A stretch of 64,000 nt of DNA from positions 9,088-73,087 of the forward strand of contig NZ_JBFWVQ010000018.1 of the NCBI RefSeq assembly GCF_050246655.1, given 5' to 3'. This DNA comes from Pseudonocardia sp. Its GTDB lineage: Bacteria; Actinomycetota; Actinomycetes; Mycobacteriales; Pseudonocardiaceae. A model generated the notes under the pieces. The model ran no database searches. It was not told the origin of the DNA and worked only from the letters and a program-made list of their open reading frames with translations. The translations under genes were made by a program, and so were the position numbers. This document shows, piece by piece, positions 39,701-49,738 of this stretch. The first letter of the stretch is position 1; each line of letters begins with the position of its first letter.

Positions 39701-40425
39701 ACGGCGCGGTAGAGCGACCCGACCTCGGCCCGCGTGAGCGGGCGCAGCCGGCCAGGGCGCTGGTTGCCCAGCCGCACCTCACCGATCGCGGTGCGCACCA
39801 GCCGCAGCACCGGGTGCCCGACCTCGTCCATCAGCCTGCGCACGACGTGCTTGCGGCCCTCGTGCAGCACGAGCTCGACCATCGAGCGCCCTGCGGCGGA
39901 GTCCACGAGCCGGAACGAGTCCACCGCGACCGGGCCGTCCTCCAGCTCCACCCCGGCGCGCAGCCGCTTCCCGAGGTCGCGCGGCAGCTGGCCCGCGACC
40001 TCCGCGACGTAGGTCTTCGTCACCTCGAACGACGGGTGCATGAGCCGGTGGCCCAATTCGCCGTCGTTGGTGAGCAGCAGCAGGCCCTCGGTGTCGGCGT
40101 CCAGCCGCCCGACGTGGAACAGCCGCTCCACCCGGCCCTCGACGACGTCGCCGACGCACGGGCGACCCCGGTCGTCCGACATCGTCGAGAGCATCCCCCG
40201 CGGCTTGTTCAGCGCCAGGTGCACGACGTCCTCGCGCAGCACCACGCGCGAGCCGTCCACGTGCACCACGGCCGTCTCCGGGTCGATCCGGCGGCCCATC
40301 TCGCGCACGACCCGGCCGTCCACGCTCACCCGCCCGGCCGCGATCAGCTGCTCGGCGGCCCGCCGGGAGGCGATGCCGGCCTGGGCCAGCACCTTCTGCA
40401 GCCGTACACCGTCTGTGTCGTTCAT
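39691..40425 (-). CDS. rluB: Pseudouridine synthase (RluB/RsuA family)
   Basis: S4 domain RLQKVLAQAGIASRR, VGRLDADTEGLLLLTNDG, EGRKHVVRR; located between scpB and cmk. Confidence 0.9.
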   Translation of the reverse strand: MNDTDGVRLQKVLAQAGIASRRAAEQLIAAGRVSVDGRVVREMGRRIDPETAVVHVDGSRVVLREDVVHLALNKPRGMLSTMSDDRGRPCVGDVVEGRVERLFHVGRLDADTEGLLLLTNDGELGHRLMHPSFEVTKTYVAEVAGQLPRDLGKRLRAGVELEDGPVAVDSFRLVDSAAGRSMVELVLHEGRKHVVRRLMDEVGHPVLRLVRTAIGEVRLGNQRPGRLRPLTRAEVGSLYRAVGM

Positions 40426-40454
40426 CCTGTGTCGTTCATCCTGCGCCGTTCATC
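40413..40454. repeat. Three tandem 14-bp units containing the rluB start codon
   Basis: ctgtgtcgttcatc ctgtgtcgttcatc ctgcgccgttcatc. Confidence 0.75.
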
Positions 40455-40477
40455 GCTCGCTCATCTCGCGGGCAAGC

Positions 40478-41062
40478 CTAGAGCTCGTCGATGGCGTCGA
40501 TGTCGGGCAGGAGCGGGGCGAGCGCGGGCAGCTCCTCCAGCGACGACAGGCCGAGCCTCTCCAGGAACGTCTCGGTGGTGGCGAAGAGCGTGCCCTGGGT
40601 GGACGGGTCCGCGCCCGCCTCGGCGATGAGCCCGCGGGTGAGCAGGGTGCGCAGCACCCCGTCGCAGTTGACGCCGCGGACGGCCGCGACCCTGGCCCGG
40701 GTGACGGGCTGGCGGTACGCCACGACGGCGAGGGTCTCCAGGGCGGCCCGCGTGAGCCGCGCCCGCTGCCCGTCCAGCAGCATGCGCTCGACGAACGGCG
40801 CGTAGCGGTCGCGGGTGTAGAAGCGCCATCCGCCGCCGACGTGGCGCAGGTCCATGCCGCGCTCGCCGTCGGAGTACGCGGTGGCGAGGCGGGGCAGGGC
40901 GGTACGGACGCGGGCGACGGGCACGTCCAGGGCCGCGGCGAGCGTCTCCTCGTCCGTCGGCGCGTCCACCACGAGCAGGAGCGCCTCCAGCGCGGCGTCG
41001 AGATCGGCGTCCTCGGTGAGGTCCGGCAGGCCCGCGGTGCCGGGGAGCGCCTCGGCGTTCAT
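40478..41062 (-). CDS. scpB: Segregation and condensation protein B
   Basis: LEALLLV, LTRAALETLAVVAYRQPVTRA, FLERLGL. Confidence 0.95.
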   Translation of the reverse strand: MNAEALPGTAGLPDLTEDADLDAALEALLLVVDAPTDEETLAAALDVPVARVRTALPRLATAYSDGERGMDLRHVGGGWRFYTRDRYAPFVERMLLDGQRARLTRAALETLAVVAYRQPVTRARVAAVRGVNCDGVLRTLLTRGLIAEAGADPSTQGTLFATTETFLERLGLSSLEELPALAPLLPDIDAIDEL

Positions 41063-41907
41063 GCGCCCTCGTGCCGGGCTGCTGCCCGCACGGCGGGGCG
41101 GGCGGGGAAGCGGGCGGCACCGTCCTCGGGCGTCCAGCGCACCGTGAGCTCCCCGAACGCCTCGGGCTGGTGCAGGTCGACCTCCGCGCCGCGGTACATG
41201 TCGAGCACGCCGAGGAACCGGGCCACGACCTCCAGCGGGCCCGCGCAGTCCGCCGTGAGGACGGCGAACGTCGCCGTCCCGAGCTCGGCGAGGCGCTCCC
41301 GCATCAGCGCGACGTGCTCGGCGACCGAGACGTGGACGGCGTGCAGGTGGTCGACCCCCACGGTGGGCGGCGGCTTCGGCCGGAACACCGCGGCGGCGAG
41401 CTCGGCGAAGGCCTGCGGATCCACGCCGAGCAGCACCTCGGGCAGCAGTGTCGCGAACCGCTCCTCCAGCGCCACCGAGCGCGGGAAGCGCCGGGCCGCG
41501 CCCGCCTCCAGCTCGACGAACAGGCCCGCGACCTGCTTGTACGCGCGGTACTGCAGCAGCCGGGCGAACAGCAGGTCGCGCGCCTCCAGCAGGGCGGCCG
41601 TCTCCTCGTCGGCGTCGCCGTCGGCGTCCGGCAGCAAGCGGGCGGCCTTCAGATCGAGCAGGGTGGCCGCGACGACGAGGAACTCCGTGGTCTCGTCCAG
41701 GTCCGCGTCCTCCCCCAGCGCGGTGAGGTGCGCGATGAAGTCGTCGGTGACCTGGTGCAGCGCCATCTCGGTGACGTCGAGCTGGTGCGAGCCGATCAGC
41801 TGCAGGAGCAGGTCGAACGGGCCGGTGAAGTTGTGCAGCCGCACGGTGAACCGCGGCCGTCCATGCTCCTCCGGGAGCTCGGTGTCCCTGTCCGGCGCCA
41901 GTGTCAC
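41059..41907 (-). CDS. scpA: Segregation and condensation protein A
   Basis: FTGPFDLLLQLI, FLVVAATLLDLKAARLLP, VVARFL. GTGA overlap with parA. Confidence 0.95.
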   Translation of the reverse strand: MTLAPDRDTELPEEHGRPRFTVRLHNFTGPFDLLLQLIGSHQLDVTEMALHQVTDDFIAHLTALGEDADLDETTEFLVVAATLLDLKAARLLPDADGDADEETAALLEARDLLFARLLQYRAYKQVAGLFVELEAGAARRFPRSVALEERFATLLPEVLLGVDPQAFAELAAAVFRPKPPPTVGVDHLHAVHVSVAEHVALMRERLAELGTATFAVLTADCAGPLEVVARFLGVLDMYRGAEVDLHQPEAFGELTVRWTPEDGAARFPARPAVRAAARHEGA

Positions 41908-42896
41908 CGGGCGAGGACCTCGCGGGCGACGTGGCGGTAGGCCTGCGCGCCGTTGGAGTTGGGCGCCCACGTCGTGATCGGCTCCCCGGCGACGGTGGTC
42001 TCCGGGAACCGGACGGTGCGGTTGATCGTGGCCTGGAACACGAGATCGCCGAACGCGTCGATGACCCGCTGGCGGACCTCGCGCGTGTGCAGCGTGCGCG
42101 GGTCGAACATCGTGCAGAGGATGCCGAGGTGCTCCAGGTCCGGGTTGATCCGCGACTGCACCTTGTCGATCGTGTCCATGAGCAGGGCGACGCCGCGCAG
42201 GCTGAAGAACTCGCAGGCCAGCGGGATCAGCACGGCGTCAGCGCAGGCCAGCGCGTTGATCGTGAGCAGGCCGAGCGACGGCTGGCAGTCGATCAGGATG
42301 ACGTCGTAGCGGTCCAGCACCGGCTTGATCGCCCGCCCGAGCGCCTGCTCGCGGCCGACCTCGGTGACGAGCTGGACCTCGGCGGCGGACAGGTCGATGT
42401 TGCTGGGCAGCAGGTCCATGTCGGCAACCGTGGTGTGCCGGATGACGTCGTCGATCTCGACGCCGCGCTCCATCAGCAGGTTGTAGATCGTGACGTCCAG
42501 CTCGTGGGCGGGCACGCCGAGCCCCACCGACAGGGCACCCTGGGGGTCGAAGTCCACGAGCAGCACGCGGCGGCCGTACTCGGCGAGCGCCGCACCGAGG
42601 TTGATCGTCGTGGTCGTCTTCCCGACGCCGCCCTTCTGGTTGGCGACCGCGATGACCCGCGCCGGGCCGTGCTCGGTCAGCGGTGCGGGGACCGGCGCGG
42701 CGGAGTGCGCGTCCTCACGCTCGTCGCCGCGGTCGTCGAGCCCCCCGTCATGCACGCCGTGCACCTCGTCAGGCACGCCGTGCACATCGCCGTGGACATC
42801 GCTGTGGACGACGCCGTGGACGACGCCGCTGCGGTCGTCGACGTGCCCGCCGTACTCGCGACTCGGACGTGGTTCGTGGGGCCGCGGTGTGTCCAA
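41904..42896 (-). CDS. ParA/Soj-family ATPase with His/Val-rich repetitive N-terminus
   Basis: NQKGGVGKTTT, DFDPQG, DCQPSLGLLT; conserved position upstream of scpA. Confidence 0.9.
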   Translation of the reverse strand: MDTPRPHEPRPSREYGGHVDDRSGVVHGVVHSDVHGDVHGVPDEVHGVHDGGLDDRGDEREDAHSAAPVPAPLTEHGPARVIAVANQKGGVGKTTTTINLGAALAEYGRRVLLVDFDPQGALSVGLGVPAHELDVTIYNLLMERGVEIDDVIRHTTVADMDLLPSNIDLSAAEVQLVTEVGREQALGRAIKPVLDRYDVILIDCQPSLGLLTINALACADAVLIPLACEFFSLRGVALLMDTIDKVQSRINPDLEHLGILCTMFDPRTLHTREVRQRVIDAFGDLVFQATINRTVRFPETTVAGEPITTWAPNSNGAQAYRHVAREVLAR

Positions 42897-43086
42897 TGCG
42901 GTCTCCGGTCTCTGCGGTGCCGGGCGGCACCTCTCGGGATCAGGGGGCCGCCATCGGCCGCAGACTAGGGAGTCACCCCATCGGGCGGCAACGCGCCCCG
43001 CCGTGTGGTGCCGTCGGAATCGGCCGGTGGCCGGAACTCGTCGGTGGAGCAGTGTATCCGCGCGTCCGGCGTCGCCCGAACCGGGC

Positions 43087-44280
43087 TCAGGATGACGGGG
43101 TCAACGCCGACTTCGCCGTCCACTCGTCCCAGGGCACCGTCCAGTCGTAGTAGTTCCCGTCCTGCTTGTCGAGCTGCTGGCTGGACCCGGTGATCTCGAC
43201 GGGGTCGCCGGTGATCACGGCGTCGTACACGGCCTTGGCGTCGGCCATCGAGAGGTTGATGCAGCCGTGCGAGACGTTGCGCCGGCCCTGGGCGCTCGCC
43301 GACCAGGGCGCGGCGTGGGTGAACTCGCCGTTGTTCGAGATCCGCACGGCCCAGCTGACCGGGAAGTCGGTGTAGCCGAACGTCTCGCTGTTCATGAGGT
43401 ACTTGGCGTGCTTGGTCATCGCGACGTGGATCCCGCTGTGGGTGACCCGGCGCGGATCGGAGTCCAGCCCGTAGCTCGCCTTCCACTGCCCGACCTGCAC
43501 GCCGTCGGAGAACGCGTGCAGCATGTACTCGCGGGTGTCGCCGCGCAGGACGAACTGGCGACCGATCGTGAACGTCGACGTCACGTCGTTGCGGCCGTAG
43601 GCGCCGTCGCCGAGGTCGACCCCGTAGGCCGGGGCGGACACCGTGACCTCGGTGTCGGCCGGGTAGTACTCCTTGGGCCGCCAGTGCACCGACGTGTCCG
43701 AGAGCCACGCCCAGGAGCCTTCGACCGGCTTCGAGGTGCGCACCGACAGCCGCTCCTCGACGGCGGCCTTGTCCTCGGCGTCCACGATGGGAGCGCTGAA
43801 GTCGACGGCGATCGGCATCGCGACGCCGTAGGTCTCGCCGTCCGCGACGTTCAGCCGGGCCTTGACCAGCTTCTTCGGCTTCACCGTCGCGAACGACCCG
43901 GCGATGGGCGAGCGTTCGCCGTCGTCCCCGACGGCCCAGCCGGACCAGGTGTAGGTCGTGTCGAAGTCCAGCGGCTCGTCCGGACGCCACGTGTCGGCGT
44001 CGGCGGAGAGCGTGCCGGCGACCCGGTGACCCTCCGCGCCGATCAGCTCGATCGTCTCGATGCGCCCGTGCTCGACCTCGACGGACGCGGGGGCGGACGG
44101 TGCGACGTCCGTGACGGAGTCGCCCGGGGAGACCTGGACCTCGGCCGCCTCCGCCGCGACGACGTGCTCGGCCACCGTTCCGCCGACGGCCGTGCCCGAG
44201 GCCACGAGCACGACTCCCAGCAACGCCAGCGCGCCGACCAGCAACGACCTCTTCGGTGGCCGCCGCCCCGCGACCACCAT
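43087..44280 (-). CDS. L,D-transpeptidase (Ig-like domains + YkuD)
   Basis: N-terminal TM segment; HAAPWS..QG..NVSHGCINL catalytic motif. Confidence 0.9.
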   Translation of the reverse strand: MVVAGRRPPKRSLLVGALALLGVVLVASGTAVGGTVAEHVVAAEAAEVQVSPGDSVTDVAPSAPASVEVEHGRIETIELIGAEGHRVAGTLSADADTWRPDEPLDFDTTYTWSGWAVGDDGERSPIAGSFATVKPKKLVKARLNVADGETYGVAMPIAVDFSAPIVDAEDKAAVEERLSVRTSKPVEGSWAWLSDTSVHWRPKEYYPADTEVTVSAPAYGVDLGDGAYGRNDVTSTFTIGRQFVLRGDTREYMLHAFSDGVQVGQWKASYGLDSDPRRVTHSGIHVAMTKHAKYLMNSETFGYTDFPVSWAVRISNNGEFTHAAPWSASAQGRRNVSHGCINLSMADAKAVYDAVITGDPVEITGSSQQLDKQDGNYYDWTVPWDEWTAKSALTPSS

Positions 44281-44542
44281 CCGGCTTCCACCCACCTGCG
44301 ACGTCCCGTCGGCAGTTCCGTCCCCCACACGGGCGAGGGTAGCCGCAGGCGCCGCCGGGGCCGGGCCCCGTATCACCCGATCGTGCCGGGTCGTGACCAA
44401 GACGATGCGCGACGGTGTTCGATGTTGCGCGCGTCACAGGCCCCGCCCGACCGGCCCGTAACGGCGGCCGCGGCACGCCCGAGGGTGCCCGTGAGGATCA
44501 CCACCGTCGTCCACCACCGTCGTCACAGTCTCGGGAGCACGC

Positions 44543-44854
44543 ATGCCATCGGTCGAGGAGAGCGTCCGCCAGGCCATCGCCGGGGTCGGCGACGCCGAAC
44601 CGGAGGTGCGGGCCGCCGTCGCGGCGGCCGCGGCGTCGGCCGCGATCCCGCCGCCGACCGGGCAGGGGGTGAACACGCTCTGGACGATCCTGGTGTCCGG
44701 CCTGGTCGCGGTGCTCCTTGTCGCGCTCGGCGGGATCATCTTCACGATCGCCGACGGCAAGGAGACGACCAGCGCGGACATCCTCGTCACCGTGTTCAGC
44801 TCGGCCCTGACCGGCCTGATCGGCCTGTTCGTGCGCTCACCCGCCTCGGGGTGA
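44543..44854 (+). CDS. Small two-TM membrane protein
   Basis: RBS GGGAG; two hydrophobic stretches; GC3-rich codons. Confidence 0.65.
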   Translation: MPSVEESVRQAIAGVGDAEPEVRAAVAAAAASAAIPPPTGQGVNTLWTILVSGLVAVLLVALGGIIFTIADGKETTSADILVTVFSSALTGLIGLFVRSPASG

Positions 44855-44869
44855 CCGCCCGGGTCACGC

Positions 44870-45796
44870 TCAGCCACGCGCCCGGGGGTGGGTGGTGGCG
44901 TACACCTCGCGCAGGACGTCCACGGTCACCCGGGTGTAGATCTGCGTCGTCGTCACCGAGGCGTGGCCCAGGAGCTCCTGCACGACGCGGACGTCCGCGC
45001 CCCCGGCGAGCAGGTGCGTCGCGAAGCAGTGCCGCAGCGTGTGCGGGGACACCTCCGCGGTCACGCCGGCGACCTCGGCGGCGTGGCGCAGCACGTGCCA
45101 GGCGCTCTGCCGGGACAGCCGCGCGCCGCGGGCGTTGAGCAGCAACGCGGGTGTGCCGCGCCCGCGGGCGGCGAGGGCGGGTCGCGCGCGCACCAGGTAG
45201 GCGTCCACCGCGGCCAGCGCGGGCCTGCCGACCGGCACGATCCGCTCCTTGCCGCCCTTGCCGTGCAGCCGGACGGTGCGGGCGCCCGCGTCGAGGTCGT
45301 CGCGGTCCAGGCCGACGGCCTCGGAGATCCGGGCGCCCGTGGAGTAGAGGAGCTCGAGCAGCGCACGGTCGCGCAGCGGACCGGGACCGTCGCCGATGCA
45401 CCCGGCGAGGAGCTGGTCGACCTCGTCGACCGTGAGCGCCTTGGGCAGGCGCGCGGTCTGTGCGGGCGGGGTGACCTCGCGGGTCACGTCGTCGGCGACG
45501 AGGCCGTCGCGCACCGCGAAGCGGTGCAGGCCGCGCACGGCGGCGAGCGCGCGGGCCGCCGACGACGCCGCGAGCGGGCGCTCCCCGCCACGCAGCGCCG
45601 CGACGAACCCGGTGACGTCGACCTCCCGGACCGCGCCCAGGTCCGCGGTCGGGCCCAGCCGGTCCAGGTGGTCCAGGTAGCGACGCAGGTCCGCGGCGTA
45701 GGAGCGCAGCGTGTTGGTGGCGCTGCCCCGCTCCACCGCGAGGTGGTGCAGGTAGGCCTCGACGACGTCCACCGGACGGGCTCCCACCCGGTACAT
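44870..45796 (-). CDS. xerD: Tyrosine recombinase XerD
   Basis: [46 protein letters not shown]; conserved position between NUDIX and parA. Confidence 0.92.
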   Translation of the reverse strand: MYRVGARPVDVVEAYLHHLAVERGSATNTLRSYAADLRRYLDHLDRLGPTADLGAVREVDVTGFVAALRGGERPLAASSAARALAAVRGLHRFAVRDGLVADDVTREVTPPAQTARLPKALTVDEVDQLLAGCIGDGPGPLRDRALLELLYSTGARISEAVGLDRDDLDAGARTVRLHGKGGKERIVPVGRPALAAVDAYLVRARPALAARGRGTPALLLNARGARLSRQSAWHVLRHAAEVAGVTAEVSPHTLRHCFATHLLAGGADVRVVQELLGHASVTTTQIYTRVTVDVLREVYATTHPRARG

Positions 45797-45803
45797 CCTG
45801 GGG

Positions 45804-47171
45804 TCACGCGCTCCGGGCGTCGGTGTGCGACACGCGCTCGACCAGCTCGGCCAGCTCGTCGCGGGTGGGGCCGTCGGGCACCGGGGGGCGCCAGCCGGTC
45901 TCGTAGATCTCCCTCGCCCGCGGCTCGACGGCCCGCAGCGTCTCCGGCAGCGCCTGCATGCCCAGGTAGGGGCCGACCACCGGCATCAGCGACCGGTCGG
46001 CCGCCGCGGCCGCCGCGATCACGTCCGAGGTGAGGGGCCCGGAGAGATCGATCTCACCGCCGTCCTCCGCGGCCCAGCGGCGGGCCTGCGCGGCGTCGAC
46101 CTCGACGTGGTCGACGAACCACGGCCGGATCTGCGTGGCGCACCAGTCGTCGAACTCCGCGGCGCACGCCTCCGGATCGAGGCCTGAGTCGAGCAGCTCC
46201 AGCAGCCGCTGCGCCTGCATCATCGAGGTGGCCACGCCCCGCCCGGCGGACGGGTTCGTGGTGCAGACCGCGTCCCCGACGCAGATCAGCCCCGGTAGCG
46301 AGATCCGTCCCCGGGCGTCGCGCTGGCCGCGGTAGGCGTTGTGCTGTGGCCCGCCCGGCAGCACCGGCGAGATCGGCCGGGCCCGCTCCGGGGCCGTCCA
46401 CTCGGCCAGCAGCGGGACGGCCGCCGTGACGACGTCGAACGCGGTCTCCTCGCGGGTGCGGGCGAGCACCCGGTCGTCGTCGGCCCGGGCGATCACCGTG
46501 GAGAACACGTCGTTGTCGTGCGGGAAGACGATGACGCCGTAGCCGCGGTAGAAGGCGACGGCCGCGATCGGCATCGTGAGCGGCCCGAACCGCGCCCCGT
46601 CGCGCAGGACGTACTGCCGCGACACGTACGCGGCACCGCACGGCCCGCCCTCCGCGGGCGCACGCAGCGTCCGGGTGAGCCGCCCCGCGCGGCCGGAGGC
46701 GTCCAGCACCAGGTCGGCGCCGACGACCTCGCCGTCCACGCGCACACCCACGGCCCGGCCGCCCTCGGCGACCACCTCGTCGGCATGGCCGAACGCGAAG
46801 GTCACCCCCGGCTCGGCCACCGCGGCACCGCGCAACACCCGTTCGTACGTCAGCCGCCGGCACCGCAGGCCGACGACCGGACCCTCCGGATCCATCCGTG
46901 CGGGATCCGCACCGGCCGCGAGCAGCGCGTCCCAGACGTCCGGGACCTCCGCCTGCAACGCCCGCACGACCTGGCCGCGGAACGCGTGCGGCTGGTGGAA
47001 CTGCATCACGCCGCGCCGCTGCCATCCCCCGTCCGGCCCGGGCCCGCTGTCCCGGTCCACGACCACGACGCGGTGCCCGCGGCGGGCGAGGGCGATGGCG
47101 AGGTAGAGCCCGGTCGGCCCGGCCCCCACGACGGCTGTGTCGGCTGTGTCGATCCCGTCCACGTTCCTCAT
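45804..47171 (-). CDS. FAD-dependent oxidoreductase
   Basis: [26 protein letters not shown]. Confidence 0.85.
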   Translation of the reverse strand: MRNVDGIDTADTAVVGAGPTGLYLAIALARRGHRVVVVDRDSGPGPDGGWQRRGVMQFHQPHAFRGQVVRALQAEVPDVWDALLAAGADPARMDPEGPVVGLRCRRLTYERVLRGAAVAEPGVTFAFGHADEVVAEGGRAVGVRVDGEVVGADLVLDASGRAGRLTRTLRAPAEGGPCGAAYVSRQYVLRDGARFGPLTMPIAAVAFYRGYGVIVFPHDNDVFSTVIARADDDRVLARTREETAFDVVTAAVPLLAEWTAPERARPISPVLPGGPQHNAYRGQRDARGRISLPGLICVGDAVCTTNPSAGRGVATSMMQAQRLLELLDSGLDPEACAAEFDDWCATQIRPWFVDHVEVDAAQARRWAAEDGGEIDLSGPLTSDVIAAAAAADRSLMPVVGPYLGMQALPETLRAVEPRAREIYETGWRPPVPDGPTRDELAELVERVSHTDARSA

Positions 47172-47239
47172 GCTGGACCGTGGCCGCGAGGCGGGCGAGC
47201 GGGTTTCCGCGCCCGTTCAGGCCCTGCTCGGACGACTGT

Positions 47240-48226
47240 TCAGACGACCTCGGGAATGACCTCGCGCTCGAACATCTCGATGCCCGAACGGTCGTAGGCG
47301 GCTTCGGGGAAGTAGAAGATCCCGTAGGTCATCCCGCGCTTCTGCAGGCCGCGCAAGTTCTCCACGATCTGCTCCGGGGTGCCACAGGCGGGCAGGTCCC
47401 GGAAGGCCCCGAGAGCGGACTCGGCCCGGTTCTCGCCGACCAGGGGCAGCAGGCGGGCCTTCAGCGCCGCCAGCCGGTCCGCGACCTCGGCCTCCGTGGA
47501 CCCGATGGCCACGTTGTAGTTCGCGGAGCGCACGATCGCCTCGAAGTCCGTGCCGACGTCGCGGCAGTGCGCGGCGAGCAGCTCGGACTTGCGCGTGAAG
47601 CCCTCCGGCGTGCCGTCGAAGTTGGTGTAGTCCGCGTACCGCGCGGCGATCCGCAGCGTCACCTTCTCCCCGCCGCCCGCGATCCACATCGGGATCCCGC
47701 CGGGCTGCACCGGCTGCGGCGCGACGATCGCGCGTTCGGCCCGGTAGTGCGTGCCGGAGAAGTCGACGACACCCTCGCGCCACGCCTGGCGGAAGATCTG
47801 CACGCCCTCGTCGAGCATCCGCAGCCGCTCCCGCGCGGGCGGGAAGCCGTAGCCGTAGGCGCGCCACTCGTTCTCGTACCAGCCGGCGCCGATGCCCATC
47901 TCGACCCGCCCGCCCGAGACGACGTCGCAGGTGGCGGCCACCTTCGCGAGGTAGACGGGGTTGCGGTAGCTCATGCAGGTGCACATCTGCCCCAGCCGCA
48001 CCCGCTCGGTGACGGCTCCGAACGCCGACATGAGCGTCCAGGCCTCGTGCGTGGCCTCCGCGGTCGGCTTCGGGACGGTGTGGAAGTGGTCGTAGACCCA
48101 GATCGACTCCCACGGCCCGGCGTCGGCGTGCTGCGCGACGCCCTTCATGGCCGCCCACTGGTCCGCGGGGTCGATGCCGACGAGATCGAGCCGCCAGCCC
48201 TGGGGAACGAACAGTCCGAAGCGCAT
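47240..48226 (-). CDS. LLM-class F420-dependent oxidoreductase
   Basis: WVYDHFH, YRNPVYLAK, SGGRVEMGIGAGW, GGGEKVTLRIAA. Confidence 0.9.
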   Translation of the reverse strand: MRFGLFVPQGWRLDLVGIDPADQWAAMKGVAQHADAGPWESIWVYDHFHTVPKPTAEATHEAWTLMSAFGAVTERVRLGQMCTCMSYRNPVYLAKVAATCDVVSGGRVEMGIGAGWYENEWRAYGYGFPPARERLRMLDEGVQIFRQAWREGVVDFSGTHYRAERAIVAPQPVQPGGIPMWIAGGGEKVTLRIAARYADYTNFDGTPEGFTRKSELLAAHCRDVGTDFEAIVRSANYNVAIGSTEAEVADRLAALKARLLPLVGENRAESALGAFRDLPACGTPEQIVENLRGLQKRGMTYGIFYFPEAAYDRSGIEMFEREVIPEVV

Positions 48227-48254
48227 GGATCCCGAACCTACCCTCGAGCCGCGG

Positions 48255-49127
48255 TCACCACCCGGCGATCTCTGCGACGACCTTCTCCCCCAGGAGCTCC
48301 AGCCGCCGCGACGACGCGACCTCCGGCACGAATCCGTGGACGTGCGCGACGCCCAGATCCGCGACCCCGCGCAGCTGTGCCAGCAGAGCGTCGACCCGCT
48401 CGCCCTCCGTGCCGGGGTCCAGCGGCATCATGACCGTCTTCTCGATCTCGTCGTAGTCGCGGCCGACGTCGGCGCAGTGCCCGCGGAGGACATCCAGCTT
48501 GCGGGCGAGCTCCGGGCCGGGGAACAGGTTGCACGCCTGCGCGTACTGCGCGACCAGCCGCAGCGTCTTCCGCTCCCCGCCGCCGCCGATCAGGATCGGC
48601 GGGTGCGGCCGCTGCAGGGCCTGCGGCGAGTTCAGCGTTCGCTCCAGCCGGTAGTGCGTGCCTTCGAACGGACCCTCGTCGTCGCTCCACATCTGCAGGC
48701 AGATGCGCAGCGTCTCCTCCAGCCGCTCGAACCGCTCGGCGGTGGGCGGGAACGGCAGGCCGAGCCCGCGGGCCTCCTGGTCGTTCCAGGCGGCGCCGAT
48801 GCCGAGCCACGCCCGTCCGCCGGACAGCACGTCCAGGGTGGTGACGAGCTTGGCCAGCATGCCCGGCTTGCGGTAGGAGACCGCGGTGACCCACGCCAGC
48901 AGCTCCACGCGCGACGTGCGCGCTGCGAGGTAGCCGAGGGTGGTGTACGCCTCCAGCATCTCGTGCTCGGGCGGGCCGAGCATGCTGATCTGGAAGACGT
49001 GGTCCATCACGCTGACGCGGGCGAACCCGAGGTCCTCGGCGGCCTCGGTGACGCGGGCCAGGTCCTTCGCGAGGGTCTGCGGCCCGCCGGGCCAGGTGAA
49101 GTCCGCGATGTGCAGTCCGAGCTTCAT
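48255..49127 (-). CDS. LLM-class F420-dependent oxidoreductase
   Basis: VMDHVFQI, LSGGRAWLGIGAAW, GGGGERKTLRLVA. ATGA overlap with MarR. Confidence 0.9.
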   Translation of the reverse strand: MKLGLHIADFTWPGGPQTLAKDLARVTEAAEDLGFARVSVMDHVFQISMLGPPEHEMLEAYTTLGYLAARTSRVELLAWVTAVSYRKPGMLAKLVTTLDVLSGGRAWLGIGAAWNDQEARGLGLPFPPTAERFERLEETLRICLQMWSDDEGPFEGTHYRLERTLNSPQALQRPHPPILIGGGGERKTLRLVAQYAQACNLFPGPELARKLDVLRGHCADVGRDYDEIEKTVMMPLDPGTEGERVDALLAQLRGVADLGVAHVHGFVPEVASSRRLELLGEKVVAEIAGW

Positions 49128-49576
49128 GTCCGTCCTTCGCTGGTGGTTTCGCTGCCCAGGACGAGTCGCAGGAGCCGGTGCAGCTCGGCGAGCTCCGCGG
49201 GCGCGAGCGCGGCCAGCGGTATGCCCGCATGCAGCTGGGTGACGAAGTGCTCCACGGCACGCGTCCCCGCCGGGGTGAGGACGACGGTCTTGACCCGGCG
49301 ATCCTGCGCGTCGGTGCGGCGTTCGAGCAGGCCCCGGTCCTCGAGGCGATCCACGACGCCGGTGAGGTTCGACGCGTCGTAGCCCAGCGTGCGGGCCACC
49401 GTCCGCATCGGCTGCGGATCCCCGGAGCACACGTGCTTGAGGACCTTGGCCTCCGCCGGCCCGAGATCCGCGCCTGCGGCCGCCGCCACGAACGCCCGGC
49501 GGAGCCGCTCGTTCACCTCGATCAGCAGGCCGGCCGTCGCCTCGACCGTCACAGGCTCGCCCGGTTGCTCCGACAC
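49124..49576 (-). CDS. MarR-family transcriptional regulator
   Basis: DASNLTGVVDRLEDRGLLER..DRRVK.V.LT..G. Confidence 0.88.
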   Translation of the reverse strand: MSEQPGEPVTVEATAGLLIEVNERLRRAFVAAAAGADLGPAEAKVLKHVCSGDPQPMRTVARTLGYDASNLTGVVDRLEDRGLLERRTDAQDRRVKTVVLTPAGTRAVEHFVTQLHAGIPLAALAPAELAELHRLLRLVLGSETTSEGRT

Positions 49577-49602
49577 CGTACGACTCTCACTGTCCTGAAC
49601 AA

Positions 49603-49618
49603 TGGTGGTACTCCACCA
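49603..49618. promoter_or_regulatory. Palindrome TGGTGG-TACT-CCACCA upstream of MarR (candidate operator)
   Basis: 6-4-6 inverted repeat in an AT-richer segment about 27 bp upstream of the MarR start. Confidence 0.45.
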
Positions 49619-49738
49619 GTATATGCCCGATCCGGCGCCTCCGCGCAAGTGCGCAGCACAGTGTGCGCCGCGAGATCGACGTCAGGGTTGCCGGACGGCC
49701 CGCCCGCAGCGCTGGTGTCGATCTCGCGCGGGGATCTC

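Noticed and set aside
44870-45796. Tyrosine recombinase as the island integrase
   Set aside because: It sits in the conserved xerD position with XerD-like sequence, 10 kb from the island.
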